A stretch of 64,000 nt of DNA, taken from positions 56,916,001-56,980,000 of the forward strand of contig OZ024743.1 in assembly GCA_964016885.1 (NCBI GenBank), in the 5' to 3' direction. A program made the position numbers and the translations under genes. Positions 1-14,329 of the stretch are shown here, in pieces (the stretch's first letter is position 1; each line of letters opens with the position of its first letter). Under the pieces are notes generated by a model, which was given only the letters and a program-made list of their open reading frames with translations, did not search any database and was not told where the DNA came from. This DNA comes from Eledone cirrhosa. Its lineage: Eukaryota.

Positions 1-148
1 GGTGGACTGTTGGACATTGAGGTGGACTGTTAGACATTGAGGTGGACTGTTGGACATTGAGGTGGACTGACGGACATTGAGGTGGACTGACGGACATTGA
101 GGTGGGCTGTTGGACATTGAGATGGACTGTTGGACATTGTGGTGGACT
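1..148. repeat. 20-bp minisatellite (ggtggactgttggacattga)n, ~7 copies, cut by the window edge
   Basis: Direct tandem periodicity of 20 nt. Confidence 0.95.
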
Positions 149-230
149 ATTGTACTTTACATTGATATATAAAAAGCATTAATATATATATACTTACATT
201 CATATTGTTTTTGTAAAAAAACGATATCTT

Positions 231-285
<55 letters not shown>

Positions 286-779
286 TGTGTGTGTGTGTGA
301 AAACTAATGTTAAATATTTGACTGAAGAACGCTTGTGAAAATAGAAGTGTAAACAAACAAAGTTGCTTGAAGATACATTTGGAAACTTGAAGTTTGAAAT
401 GTGTTCATCCCAAACACAAATATGCATAATATTAGTTGTTGTTTTTCTCACAGCCATGTAACATCACACCTTTTACACATACTTCATACAGTCTGCCATT
501 CTCAGAGACAAATATTCTACATTCACTCGATGGTGAGAGAGAAGTAGAGTCATAAATGATGATGTGGATTATATTCTAGCTTTTTCTCACCATCACCTCT
601 TCTACTACTTGACTGTTCTTGCATCTGGCATCTCTGTTATAAAGGATTGCATCAGATCTGTCTATATTCTTATATCTTATCCAATGCCCATAAGTGAGAC
701 AGTAAACACAGCATTATGCCAACGATCTCTGTTTCCCATCTATGTTTGTAGGCTATCCTTGTAAATTCCACTGTTTTTT

Positions 780-1350
780 GCTATGGTATCCTGGTATCTA
801 AGCTTTCTGGTAGAGGTTTTCTCCCTCAACAAGAGGCTTGAAACTCTTATTTTTTGCGTGGAAGCAGTGACCAGAAAACCTTGTATGACGTTCAATTAGT
901 CGTGGACATACTTTTGGGATTTTTCTGTATATCTGATTAAACATTTGATAGGTCTGCCAAGGAATATTTTAAGCCCTTCTCAGAAAGTTAGTGTAACATC
1001 CATCTAAATGGCTCTGTAAATGGGAGTGCAAGATCCAAGTTTCAGAACCATAGAGAAGGATAGGCTCTACTGATGATCTAACAGGTTGATTTTAAGTTTG
1101 TTTGGTTTAGGTTTATTGGATTTCCAAATTTTATCCAACTTATGAAATGTATTCTAGGTCAGGTTTTTCTGTATATGGAAGTCGTTTTCTGAGTTCATTA
1201 TAAAAGAACCAAAGTACTTAAAGTCTTCTATTTGTCTTAAGATTTAAAGCCTTTTCCTGTTTACTGTGATTATGGTAGCAACAGATTCTGATGAAAACTC
1301 AGTTTTTGAGTCATTGTAGTCAGTCCAACATGAGTAGCAGTTGATTCTAG
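780..1350 (-). mobile_element. Degenerate RTE-type LINE fragment (RT C-terminal region)
   Basis: Minus-strand remnants IEDFKYFGS and LDGCYTNFLRRA*NIPWQ, typical of RTE-clade ORF ends. Stops and frameshifts present; boundaries approximate. Confidence 0.6.
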
Positions 1351-2279
1351 TCCATATTCACCCCCCCCCCCCCCCCTCTCGCATTACTTTTGGCTCCATG
1401 TGGCTCTTAATTGCCATCTACCACTCTCACATGCCATCTCACACTTCTGTTGCTGCCCATCATTCATCTTGTTTGACACATCTATATTCCTAGCTCACCA
1501 ATTCCCTACCAACCACCAGCAGGTAGCTTTCATAATCTCACTTCCATTACCCTCCCCCTCTTTCTCCATCATCCTAACACTCTATTTTGCCTATCATACT
1601 TCTACCTTGTCTTCTTTCATCTTGCTTATCACTTTTTTTTCCATCCACCTTCTTGTTAACATTTGCCTTGGAACAACAGTGACTATGTAGCATAGAGAAG
1701 ACTTTAGAGTTTTGCAGAGGATAAGGCAACCACTGTAGTGTTGATGGCATAATAAAATTCACCAAGTACACTTTGTTAAAGTGGTTGACAATCAATGGGG
1801 ACAGTATAGAGTAGAGAGAGCTTGTTAGTCATGTTGATGACATGACAACTTCTTTAGTATTGGCATCACAATAAGATACACTCTATAATGTGGTTGGTGA
1901 TGGAATGGAGACAGCATAGTTAGTGGGAACTAATTTGTCACATCATTGATAAAACAATCTATCTAGTATTGGTGTCACAATAAAATGTATGCAGTACGCT
2001 TTGTAAAGTGGTTGGCTGTTAGGAAAGGTGTCCAGATGTAAAAACCATGCCAAAAATGGAATGTACAAGTGAAATGGGTTCTTTGACCAGTCAGGTCTAG
2101 GATTGTAATAAGCCATCCAATAGACATAAAAAGATGATGGTGATTGGATATGTGGTTAAAGAGTTGGCTTTGCAACCATGTGGTTCTGGATTTAGATCCA
2201 CTGCATGGCACCATAGGCCTTCTACGATAGCCTCAGGTTGACCAATGCCTTGTGAGTGAAATTTGGTAGACAGAACCAG

Positions 2280-2515
2280 TGCTTATCCTGGTTTCATCAG
2301 TGTTAAGCGACTGAGAGTACAAAACTCCTACTTAGACAGGGTGCCTGTCTATTGTATAGATAACTCCCAGCTATTACTGTTACTCATTTTCAACTGAGTG
2401 TACTGGAATAATGTAAAATGAAGTGTTTGTTCAAGAACACAATGCACCAGTTCAGCAATTGAACCCATGATGATATGATCATTAGTCCAACGCTCTAACC
2501 ACTAGGCCACACACC

Positions 2516-2517
<2 letters not shown>
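2280..2517 (-). mobile_element. tRNA-derived SINE (family also at 35543-35800 + and 44699-44975 +)
   Basis: A-box tggcctagtggttagagc, B-box-like gggttcaattgc, CORE-like ttcttgaacaa segment; three mutually similar dispersed copies. Confidence 0.7.
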
Positions 2518-2583
<66 letters not shown>

Positions 2584-3020
2584 TATATCCCCCCCCCCCT
2601 TGTGAAGTGGTTAGTGATAGGAAGGGTTTCAGCCATGGAGATCTTGCCAAGCAGACAAACAAAGGGTCGGGAGACTCTCCAGTTGTGTCATGAACATGAC
2701 AGACTCCCAATGCTGCTGGTGATCTACATGATAAACGCACCCAGTACACACTGTAAAGTGGTTGGTAATAGGAAGGGCATCCAAACATAGAAATCTTGTC
2801 AAACAAAGGGTTGTGTCAAAGGCATGACAACCTTTCCTGAGCACTCGATGGATCACGAGACCATACATAAGCGTAATACCGATCCACAGCTTGCTTGGGA
2901 GATCAGTGATTCCGCTTCTGTTCGGTCATATTCTATGTAGACTCATCCAACCTTTGCTAGTAGGAAAAGCGGACGTTAAAATGACAACGATTATGATGAT
3001 ACATTGTGTGTGTGTGTGTG

Positions 3021-3185
3021 TACTATTCTTTGGGAGGGTCATGCTGCCAATAAAAACTCAAACACCTGTTGGTTCTCATTTCAATTTCCTACACCAACCA
3101 ACTGGAAATTTGTAATAAATTGAAGTGAAAATGAACAGGTGCATGTGTTTTTATTGGCAACACGACCTGTCCAAAGTATAACAAT
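3021..3185. mobile_element. Small MITE-like element
   Basis: Imperfect terminal inverted repeats ctttgggagggtcatgctgccaataaaaac / gtttttattggcaacacgacctgtccaaag. Confidence 0.5.
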
Positions 3186-3559
3186 ATCTGTTTCAACACA
3201 TATTTACAAATAAGAAATCTTACAAAAGAAATATAAAAACAATTTGTAAGAAATCATCTGGATGATTTTTTCCAAATCAAACAGTTCTAGTTCACTAGAA
3301 GTCATTTCTATTAATAATATATTTGTGTGTGTGTGTGTGTGCATCCATGTTCATGTGTGTGTGTATGTTCTGTAAACTTGGCAGTTTGATATAAAATAAA
3401 TACCAAGGTAGATACGATTGACTAAATCCCTGTCAGGCCCAGTCTAATGACTGAAAGCAGTAAACATCTACTAGTTATACTAATGTTTGATATTACTTTG
3501 TATAAAGAATGAAATATTAAACACCAGCTGTAGTGCTGACTTGTGTGTCGTCAACCATA

Positions 3560-3770
3560 ATAATTGTTTCTACTTTAGGCACAAAGGCAGCACTTTGAAG
3601 GGGAGGGGAAAGTCGATTAAATCAACTCCAGTACTTGACTGGTTCTTATTTTATCGACCCTGTAAGGATGAAAGGCAAAGCGAACCTTGGCGGGATTTGA
3701 AATCAGAACGTAAAGGGCAGTAATTCTATGCCATGAAGCATTTGGTCCGACGCTCTACCGATTCTATGCC
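3560..3770 (-). mobile_element. Abundant tRNA-derived SINE (many further copies, e.g. 4760-4912, 32360-32575, 43500-43660, 45700-45920, 46695-46895, 59985-60415)
   Basis: Recurrent consensus gagttcaaatcccgccgaggttaactttgcctttcatccttacggggtcgataaaataaagtaccagt...ggccttgtgcc, with a B-box and an (ATT)n tail. Confidence 0.85.
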
Positions 3771-3794
3771 ATATGTCTTTGTAAATTTATTTAG

Positions 3795-4237
3795 GCACAT
3801 GGCTTAGTGGTTAGAACATTGGGCTTGCAATCGAAAGGTTGTGAGTTCAATTCTCGGACCGGGTGATGTGTTGTTTCCTTGAGCAAGACACTTTATTTTA
3901 CATTGCTCCAGTTTACTCAGCTGTAGAAATGAGATGATAGGGACTGGGGTACCTATCATTCCACTGCAAAGTGGTCGTGGAGGTACCACGGCGAAAAAGC
4001 ACCCAGCCCACACTGTAAAGTGGACGTATAGGCGCCACGGAAAAAACGCTCCCAGCACTCACTGTAAATGAGGTTGGTGTTAGGAAGGGCATCCAGCTCT
4101 ATAGAAATCAAGCCAGAATCAGTTCCTGTATGAGCAAGACAAGGTCAACCGACCGGACACTGCCCACAACGGGACAACCCGTCTAACCTATGCTAGCATG
4201 GAAGAATGGACGTAAAATGGTGATGATGATGATGATT
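3795..4237 (+). mobile_element. Composite tRNA/CORE-like SINE with RTE-like (GAT)n tail
   Basis: tRNA head tggcttagtggttag...gagttcaattc, CORE-like ccttgagcaagacacttt...tgtagaaatgag, internal ~46-nt subrepeats, and tail ggacgtaaaatggtgatgatgatg. Confidence 0.8.
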
Positions 4238-5080
4238 TCTGTAATTCTTTAAAATTTACACACGTCACACAATGCATTTCAGATCTCAACCATAAGAAGT
4301 TCGCTTTCCAGTCACAAAATCTTGGGTTCTACCCTACATTTTTCTCTATAAACAGTAATATCTCCAAAGTTACTCATACATTTAGTCATGTATGTCATTT
4401 GTACATATATGCTGAACATTTATGTAATTATATTCTAGAAATAAATTATTAAAATATCATTCTTATCTTTTAATCAGTTCCACATGCCAGCAATTAACAT
4501 AAACTAATGCAAATGTCTCAGTTTATGTAATTGTTTATGTACCTGGTAATACTGGTATATATGGCATACCACTGATATGGCTTGGGTATGGTATGTTCCC
4601 GTAACTTCTGATGTAGTTGTAGCATACAGTATTTCTTGCTCACTTTAAAGCCGAGCAGAACCCATTTATTCTCTAGGTCTGAATAAAGCAGATTTCCTGC
4701 AGAGAAGGATAGAAAGAGATTGATAGAGAGGAGGTGAGAAAGAGATATAGAGGAAGAACCAACCCCAGTACTAGACTGATACTTTTTTATTTTTTATTGA
4801 CCCTGAAAAGATGAAAGACAAAGTTGGCCTTGGCGGGATTTGAACTCAGAGAGAAGAGAGACGGAACAAATACTGCAAATCATTCTATCCGACATTCTAA
4901 TGACTCTGCCAATACCAATAGTGGACTCCAAAAATGAAATACTTTCAACACCATTGCCATCATTATTGGTGACACAGATCCACTAGTTAATAATATTCAT
5001 TAAGCATTGATTTTTTATTTTTTTTATTAATGCTGTATATTGTTTTTCCTAATATTTACATGGTTTGTATTTCGTTGTAG

Positions 5081-5155
5081 ATATTGATGGCGATCCATCA
5101 AACAATCCCACTACTCGGACATTATTTCTAATACGTTCCAGAACCAACTTCAAAA
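5081..5155 (+). CDS. CCNY: Cyclin Y coding exon A (first exon visible in window; 75 nt, phase 1-1)
   Basis: Acceptor ttcgttgtAG at 5079-5080 and donor GTaagt at 5156. Reads (D)IDGDPSNNPTTRTLFLIRSRTNFK, similar to the cyclin Y N-terminal NPSDHPRASTIFLSKSQTD segment. In frame with exon B. Not in the ORF track. Confidence 0.85.
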
Positions 5156-5596
5156 GTAAGTTATCTTTTATCCCTGAACTCTTCTTGTCAGTGTTTGATT
5201 GATTTTTTTTTGTGAAACACTTGTTAAAGATCAATATATAGAGAAATTGGGTTGTTGCGTAACATATTGTGATAGAAATTATTCTTTGTATGTTTGTATG
5301 TGTATAGTACTGGTGCCATGATAAAATGCACTCAGTTCATTCTGTAAAATGGTAGTGCTGGTACTACGATAAAATGCAGCTAGTACTCAGTAATGTAGTA
5401 GTTCTGAATTCTACAATAAAATGCACCCACTACATTGTGTAAAGTAGTAGTGCTAGTGCCATGATAAAACATAACTAATCGAATCTATAAAGTAGTAGTG
5501 CTGGTGCCATGATAAAACATAACTAATTGACACTATAAAATGGTAGTGCTGGTGCTATCATAAAACATAACTAATTGATTCTATAAAGTAGTAGTG

Positions 5597-8500
5597 CTGC
5601 ACCCAGCATACTGTAAAGTGGAAGGACTGGTGTCATGATAAACTGCACCCAACATACTGTAAAGTGGAAGGACTGGTGTCATGATAAACTGCACCCAACA
5701 TACTGTAAAGTGGAAGGACTGGTGTCATGATAAACTGCACCCAGCATACTGTAAAGTGGAAGGACTGGTGTCATGATAAACTGCACCCAGCATACTGGAA
5801 TGTGGTAGGACTGGTGTCATGATAAACTGCACCCAGCATACTGTAAAGTGGAAGGACTGGTGTCATGATAAACTGCACCCAGCATACTGTAAAGTGGAAG
5901 GACTGGTGGCATGATAAACTGCACCCAGCATACTGTAAAGTGGAAGGACTGGTGTCATGATAAACTGCACCCAACATACTGTAAAGTGGAAGGACTGGTG
6001 TCATGATAAACTGCACCCAGCATACTGTAAAGTGGAAGGACTGGTGTCATGATAAACTGCACCCAGCCTGTTGTAAAGTGGAAGGACTGGTGTCATGATA
6101 AACTGCACCCAGCATACTGTAAAGTGGAAGGACTGGTGTCATGATAAACTGCACCCAACATACTGTAAAGTGGAAGGACTGGTGTCATGATAAACTGCAC
6201 CCAACATACTGTAAAGTGGAAGGACTGGTGTCATGATAAACTGCACCCAGCATACTGGAATGTGGTAGGACTGGTGTCATGATAAACTGCACCCAGCATA
6301 CTGTAAAGTGGAAGGACTGGTGTCATGATAAACTGCACCCAGCATACTGTAAAGTGGTAGGACTGGTGTCATGATAAACTGCACCCAGCATACTGTAAAG
6401 TGGAAGGACTGGTGTCATGATAAACTGCACCCAGCATACTGTAAAGTGGAAGGACTGGTGTCATGATAAACTGCACCCAGCATACTGTAAAGTGGAAGGA
6501 CTGGTGTCATGATAAACTGCACCCAGCATACTGTAAAGTGGAAGGACTGGTGTCATGATAAACTGCACCCAGCATACTGTAAAGTGGAAGGACTGGTGTC
6601 ATGATAAACTGCACCCAGCATACTGTCAAGTGGAAGGACTGGTGTCATGATAAACTGCACCCAACATACTGGAATGTGGTAGGACTGGTGTCATGATAAA
6701 CTGCACCCAGCATACTGTAAAGTGGAAGGACTGGTGTCATGATAAACTGCACCCAACATACTGTAAAGTGGAAGGACTGGTGTCATGATAAACTGCACCC
6801 AGCATACTGTAAAGTGGAAGGCCTGGTGTCATGATAAACTGCACCCAGCATACTGTAAAGTGGAAGGACTGGTGTCATGATAAACTGCACCCAGCATACT
6901 GTAAAGTGGAAGGACTGGTGTCATGATAAACTGCACCCAACATACTGGAATGTGGTAGGACTGGTGTCATGATAAACTGCACCCAGCATACTGTAAAGTG
7001 GAAGGACTGGTGTCATGATAAACTGCACCCAACATACTGGAGTGTGGTAGGACTGGTGTCATGATAAACTGCACCCAGCATACTGTAAAGTGGAAGGACT
7101 GGTGTCATGATAAACTGCACCCAGCATACTGTAAAGTGGAAGGACTGGTGTCATGATAAACTGCACCCAGCATACTGTAAAGTGGAAGGACTGGTGTCAT
7201 GATAAACTGCACCCAGCATACTGTAAAGTGGAAGGACTGGTGTCATGATAAACTGCACCCAACATACTGGAGTGTGGTAGGACTGGTGTCATGATAAACT
7301 GCACCCAGCATACTGTAAAGTGGAAGGACTGGTGTCATGATAAACTGCACCCAGCATACTGTAAAGTGGAAGGACTGGTGTCATGATAAACTGCACCCAG
7401 CATACTGTAAAGTGGAAGGACTGGTGTCATGATAAACTGCACCCAACATACTGGAATGTGGTAGGACTGGTGTCATGATAAACTGCACCCAGCATACTGT
7501 AAAGTGGAAGGACTGGTGTCATGATAAACTGCACCCAACATACTGGAGTGTGGTAGGACTGGTGTCATGATAAACTGCACCCAGCATACTGTAAAGTGGA
7601 AGGACTGGTGTCATGATAAACTGCACCCAGCATACTGTAAAGTGGAAGGACTGGTGTCATGATAAACTGCACCCAGCATACTGTAAAGTGGAAGGACTGG
7701 TGTCATGATAAACTGCACCCAACATACTGTAAAGTGGAAGGACTGGTGTCATGATAAACTGCACCCAGCATACTGTAAAGTGGAAGGACTGGTGTCATGA
7801 TAAACTGCACCCAGCATACTGTAAAGTGGAAGGACTGGTGTCATGATAAACTGCACCCAGCATACTGTAAAGTGGAAGGACTGGTGTCATGATAAACTGC
7901 ACCCAACATACTGGAGTGTGGTAGGACTGGTGTCATGATAAACTGCACCCAGCATACTGTAAAGTGGAAGGACTGGTGTCATGATAAACTGCACCCAGCA
8001 TACTGTAAAGTGGAAGGACTGGTGTCATGATAAACTGCACCCAGCATACTGTAAAGTGGAAGGACTGGTGTCATGATAAACTGCACCCAACATACTGTAA
8101 AGTGGAAGGACTGGTGTCATGATAAACTGCACCCAGCATACTGTAAAGTGGAAGGACTGGTGTCATGATACACTGCACCCAGCATACTGTAAAGTGGAAG
8201 GACTGGTGTCATGATAAACTGCACCCAGAATACTGTAAAGTGGAAGGACTGGTGTCATGATAAACTGCACCCAACATACTGGAATGTGGTAGGACTGGTG
8301 TCATGATAAACTGCACCCAGCATACTGTAAAGTGGAAGGACTGGTGTCATGATAAACTGCACCCAACATACTGGAGTGTGGTAGGACTGGTGTCATGATA
8401 AACTGCACCCAGCATACTGTAAAGTGGAAGGACTGGTGTCATGATAAACTGCACCCAGCATACTGTAAAGTGGAAGGACTGGTGTCATGATAAACTGCAC

Positions 8501-11500
8501 CCAGCATACTGTAAAGTGGAAGGACTGGTGTCATGATAAACTGCACCCAACATACTGTAAAGTGGAAGGACTGGTGTCATGATAAACTGCACCCAACATA
8601 CTGTAAAGTGGAAGGACTGGTGTCATGATAAACTGCACCCAGCATACTGGAATGTGGTAGGACTGGTGTCATGATAAACTGCACCCAGCATACTGTAAAG
8701 TGGAAGGACTGGTGTCATGATAAACTGCACCCAACATACTGTAAAGTGGAAGGACTGGTGTCATGATAAACTGCACCCAGCATACTGGAATGTGGTAGGA
8801 TTGGTGTCATGATAAACTGCACCCAGCATACTGTAAAGTGGAAGGACTGGTGTCATGATAAACTGCACCCAGCATACTGTAAAGTGGTAGGACTGGTGTC
8901 ATGATAAACTGCACCCAGCATACTGTAAAGTGGAAGGACTGGTGTCATGATAAACTGCACCCAGCATACTGTAAAGTGGAAGAACTGGTGTCATGATAAA
9001 CTGCACCCAGCATACTGTAAAGTGGAAGGACTGGTGTCATGATAAACTGCACCCAGCATACTGTAAAGTGGAAGGACTGGTGTCATGATAAACTGCACCC
9101 AGCATACTGTAAAGTGGAAGGACTGGTGTCATGATAAACTGCACCCAGCATACTGTCAAGTGGAAGGACTGGTGTCATGATAAACTGCACCCAACATACT
9201 GGAATGTGGTAGGACTGGTGTCATGATAAACTGCACCCAGCATACTGTAAAGTGGAAGGACTGGTGTCATGATAAACTGCACCCAGCATACTGTAAAGTG
9301 GAAGGACTGGTGTCATGATAAACTGCACCCAGCAAACTGTAAAGTGGAAGGACTGGTGTCATGATAAACTGCACCCAGCATACTGTAAAGTGGAAGGACT
9401 GGTGTCATGATAAACTGCACCCAGCATACTGTAAAGTGGAAGGACTGGTGTCATGATAAACTGCACCCAACATACTGGAATGTGGTAGAACTGGTGTCAT
9501 GATAAACTGCACCCAGCATACTGTAAAGTGGAAGGACTGGTGTCATGATAAACTGCACCCAGCATACTGGAATGTGGTAGGACTGGTGTCATGATAAACT
9601 GCACCCAGCATACTGTAAAGTGGAAGGACTGGTGTCATGATAAACTGCACCCAGCATACTGTAAAGTGGAAGGACTGGTGTCATGATAAACTGCACCCAG
9701 CATACTGTAAAGTGGAAGGACTGGTGTCATGATAAACTGCACCCAACATACTGTAAAGTGGAAGGACTGGTGTCATGATAAACTGCACCCAACATACTGT
9801 AAAGTGGAAGGACTGGTGTCATGATAAACTGCACTCAGCATACTGTAAAGTGGAAGGACTGGTGTCATGATAAACTGCACCCAGCATACTGTAAAGTGGA
9901 AGGACTGGTGTCATGATAAACTGCACCCAGCATACTGTAAAGTGGGAGGACTGGTGTCATGATAAACTGCACCCAACATACTGGAATGTGGTAGGACTGG
10001 TGTCATGATAAACTGCACCCAGCATACTGTAAAGTGGAAGAACTGGTGTCATGATAAACTGCACCCAGCATACTGTAAAGTGGAAGGACTGGTGTCATGA
10101 TAAACTGCACCCAGCATACTGGAATGTGGTAGGACTGGTGTCATGATAAACTGCACCCAGCATACTGTAAAGTGGAAGGACTGGTGTCATGATAAACTGC
10201 ACCCAACATACTGTAAAGTGGAAGGACTGGTGTCATGATAAACTGCACCCAGCATACTGGAATGTGGTAGGATTGGTGTCATGATAAACTGCACCCAGCA
10301 TACTGTAAAGTGGAAGGACTGGTGTCATGATAAACTGCACCCAGCATACTGTAAAGTGGTAGGACTGGTGTCATGATAAACTGCACCCAGCATACTGTAA
10401 AGTGGAAGGACTGGTGTCATGATAAACTGCACCCAGCATACTGTAAAGTGGAAGAACTGGTGTCATGATAAACTGCACCCAGCATACTGTAAAGTGGAAG
10501 GACTGGTGTCATGATAAACTGCACCCAGCATACTGTAAAGTGGAAGGACTGGTGTCATGATAAACTGCACCCAGCATACTGTAAAGTGGAAGGACTGGTG
10601 TCATGATAAACTGCACCCAGCATACTGTCAAGTGGAAGGACTGGTGTCATGATAAACTGCACCCAACATACTGGAATGTGGTAGGACTGGTGTCATGATA
10701 AACTGCACCCAGCATACTGTAAAGTGGAAGGACTGGTGTCATGATAAACTGCACCCAGCATACTGTAAAGTGGAAGGACTGGTGTCATGATAAACTGCAC
10801 CCAGCAAACTGTAAAGTGGAAGGACTGGTGTCATGATAAACTGCACCCAGCATACTGTAAAGTGGAAGGACTGGTGTCATGATAAACTGCACCCAGCATA
10901 CTGTAAAGTGGAAGGACTGGTGTCATGATAAACTGCACCCAACATACTGGAATGTGGTAGAACTGGTGTCATGATAAACTGCACCCAGCATACTGTAAAG
11001 TGGAAGGACTGGTGTCATGATAAACTGCACCCAGCATACTGGAATGTGGTAGGACTGGTGTCATGATAAACTGCACCCAGCATACTGTAAAGTGGAAGGA
11101 CTGGTGTCATGATAAACTGCACCCAGCATACTGTAAAGTGGAAGGACTGGTGTCATGATAAACTGCACCCAGCATACTGTAAAGTGGAAGGACTGGTGTC
11201 ATGATAAACTGCACCCAACATACTGTAAAGTGGAAGGACTGGTGTCATGATAAACTGCACCCAACATACTGTAAAGTGGAAGGACTGGTGTCATGATAAA
11301 CTGCACCCAGCATACTGTAAAGTGGAAGGACTGGTGTCATGATAAACTGCACCCAGCATACTGTAAAGTGGAAGGACTGGTGTCATGATAAACTGCACCC
11401 AGCATACTGTAAAGTGGGAGGACTGGTGTCATGATAAACTGCACCCAACATACTGGAATGTGGTAGGACTGGTGTCATGATAAACTGCACCCAGCATACT

Positions 11501-14140
11501 GTAAAGTGGAAGGACTGGTGTCATGATAAACTGCACCCAACATACTGGAATGTGGTAGGACTGGTGTCATGATAAACTGCACCCAGCATACTGTAAAGTG
11601 GAAGGACTGGTGTCATGATAAACTGCACCCAGCATACTGTAAAGTGGAAGGACTGGTGTCATGATAAACTGCACCCAGCAAACTGTAAAGTGGAAGGACT
11701 GGTGTCATGATAAACTGCACCCAGCATACTGTAAAGTGGAAGGACTGGTGTCATGATAAACTGCACCCAGCATACTGTAAAGTGGAAGGACTGGTGTCAT
11801 GATAAACTGCACCCAGCATACTGTAAAGTGGAAGGACTGGTGTCATGATAAACTGCACCCAGCATACTGTAAAGTGGAAGGACTGGTGTCATGATAAACT
11901 GCACCCAGCATACTGTAAAGTGGAAGGACTGGTGTCATGATAAACTGCACCCAGCATACTGTAAAGTGGAAGGACTGGTGTCATGATAAACTGCACCCAG
12001 CATACTGTAAAGTGGAAGGACTGGTGTCATGATAAACTGCACCCAGCATACTGTAAAGTGGAAGGACTGGTGTCATGATAAACTGCACCCAGCATACTGT
12101 AAAGTGGAAGGACTGGTGTCATGATAAACTGCACCCAGCATACTGTAAAGTGGAAGGACTGGTGTCATGATAAACTGCACCCAGCATACTGTAAAGTGGA
12201 AGGACTGGTGTCATGATAAACTGCACCCAGCATACTGGAATGTGGTAGGACTGGTGTCATGATAAACTGCACCCAGCATACTGTAAAGTGGAAGGACTGG
12301 TGTCATGATAAACTGCACCCAGCATACTGTAAAGTGGAAGGACTGGTGTCATGATAAACTGCACCCAGCATACTGTAAAGTGGAAGGACTGGTGTCATGA
12401 TAAACTGCACCCAACATACTGTAAAGTGGAAGGACTGGTGTCATGATAAACTGCACCCAACATACTGTAAAGTGGAAGGACTGGTGTCATGATAAACTGC
12501 ACCCAGCATACTGTAAAGTGGAAGGACTGGTGTCATGATAAACTGCACCCAACATACTGTAAAGTGGAAGGACTGGTGTCATGATAAACTGCACCCAGCA
12601 TACTGGAATGTGGTAGGATTGGTGTCATGATAAACTGCACCCAGCATACTGTAAAGTGGAAGGACTGGTGTCATGATAAACTGCACCCAGCATACTGTAA
12701 AGTGGTAGGACTGGTGTCATGATAAACTGCACCCAGCATACTGTAAAGTGGAAGGACTGGTGTCATGATAAACTGCACCCAGCATACTGTAAAGTGGAAG
12801 GACTGGTGTCATGATAAACTGCACCCAGCATACTGTAAAGTGGAAGGACTGGTGTCATGATAAACTGCACCCAGCATACTGTAAAGTGGAAGGACTGGTG
12901 TCATGATAAACTGCACCCAGCATACTGTAAAGTGGAAGGACTGGTGTCATGATAAACTGCACCCAACATACTGGAATGTGGTAGGACTGGTGTCATGATA
13001 AACTGCACCCAGCATACTGTAAAGTGGTAGGACTGGTGTCATGATAAACTGCACCCAGCATACTGTAAAGTGGAAGGACTGGTGTCATGATAAACTGCAC
13101 CCAGCATACTGTAAAGTGGAAGGACTGGTGTCATGATAAACTGCACCCAGCATACTGTAAAGTGGAAGGACTGGTGTCATGATAAACTGCACCCAGCATA
13201 CTGTAAAGTGGAAGGACTGGTGTCATGATAAACTGCACCCAACATACTGTAAAGTGGAAGGACTGGTGTCATGATAAACTGCACCCAGCATACTGTAAAG
13301 TGGAAGGACTGGTGTCATGATAAACTGCACCCAACATACTGGAATGTGGTAGGACTGGTGTCATGATAAACTGCACCCAGCATACTGTAAAGTGGAAGGA
13401 CTGGTGTCATGATAAACTGCACCCAACATACTGGAATGTGGTAGGACTGGTATCATGATAAACTGCACCCAGCATACTGTAAAGTGGAAGGACTGGTGTC
13501 ATGATAAACTGCACCCATCATACTGTAAAGTGGAAGGACTGGTGTCATGATAAACTGCACCCAGCAAACTGTAAAGTGGAAGGACTGGTGTCATGATAAA
13601 CTGCACCCAGCATACTGTAAAGTGGAAGGACTGGTGTCATGATAAACTGCACCCAGCATACTGTAAAGTGGAAGGACTGGTGTCATGATAAACTGCACCC
13701 AACATACTGGAATGTGGTAGAACTGGTGTCATGATAAACTGCACCCAGCATACTGTAAAGTGGAAGGACTGGTGTCATGATAAACTGCACCCAGCATACT
13801 GGAATGTGGTAGGACTGGTGTCATGATAAATTGCACCCAGCATACTGTAAAGTGGAAGGACTGGTGTCATGATAAACTGCACCCAGCATACTGGAATGTG
13901 GTAGGACTGGTGTCATGATAAACTGCACCCAGCATACTGGAATGTGGTAGGACTGGTGTCATGATAAACTGCACCCAGCATACTGTAAAGTGGAAGGACT
14001 GGTGTCATGATAAACTGCACCCAGCATACTGGAATGTGGTAGGACTGGTGTCATGATAAACTGCACCCAGCATACTGTAAAGTGGAAGGACTGGTGTCAT
14101 GATAAACTGCACCCAGCATACTGGAATGTGGTAGGACTGG
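5597..14140. repeat. 46-bp tandem satellite, ~186 copies, inside the CCNY intron between exons A and B
   Basis: Unit ctgcacccagcatactgtaaagtggaaggactggtgtcatgataaa. The register is kept throughout (e.g. 5641 and 7021 differ by 30 x 46). Main variants are cccaac and ggaatgtggtagg. Confidence 0.99.
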
Positions 14141-14329
14141 TACTATAATAAAATGCATATTCTGTAAAGTGGTAGTACTGGTGCCATGATAAAATTCACC
14201 GAGCATACTGTAAAGTGGTAATACTGGTGCTGTGATAATATGCGCATTCTCTGAAGAAGTGGAAGGACTGGTGTCATGATAAACTGCACCCAGTACTCCC
14301 TATTAAGTGATTAGTGTGAGGAAGTGCAT

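Noticed and set aside
317-356. CTGAAGA-ac-gctt-gt-GAAA hammerhead-like core
   Set aside because: Stem II is only 2 bp, and stems I and III do not pair convincingly.
3795-3865. tRNA gene
   Set aside because: A and B boxes are present, but the sequence runs into SINE body and no full cloverleaf forms. The same applies to the other SINE heads.
1-5080. CCNY first coding exon (MGN..SCC myristoylation-type start)
   Set aside because: No matching exon was found in this interval; it presumably lies upstream of the window.
5597-14140. CRISPR-like array
   Set aside because: Units are contiguous 46-mers with no unique spacers, the context is a eukaryotic intron, and there are no cas genes.
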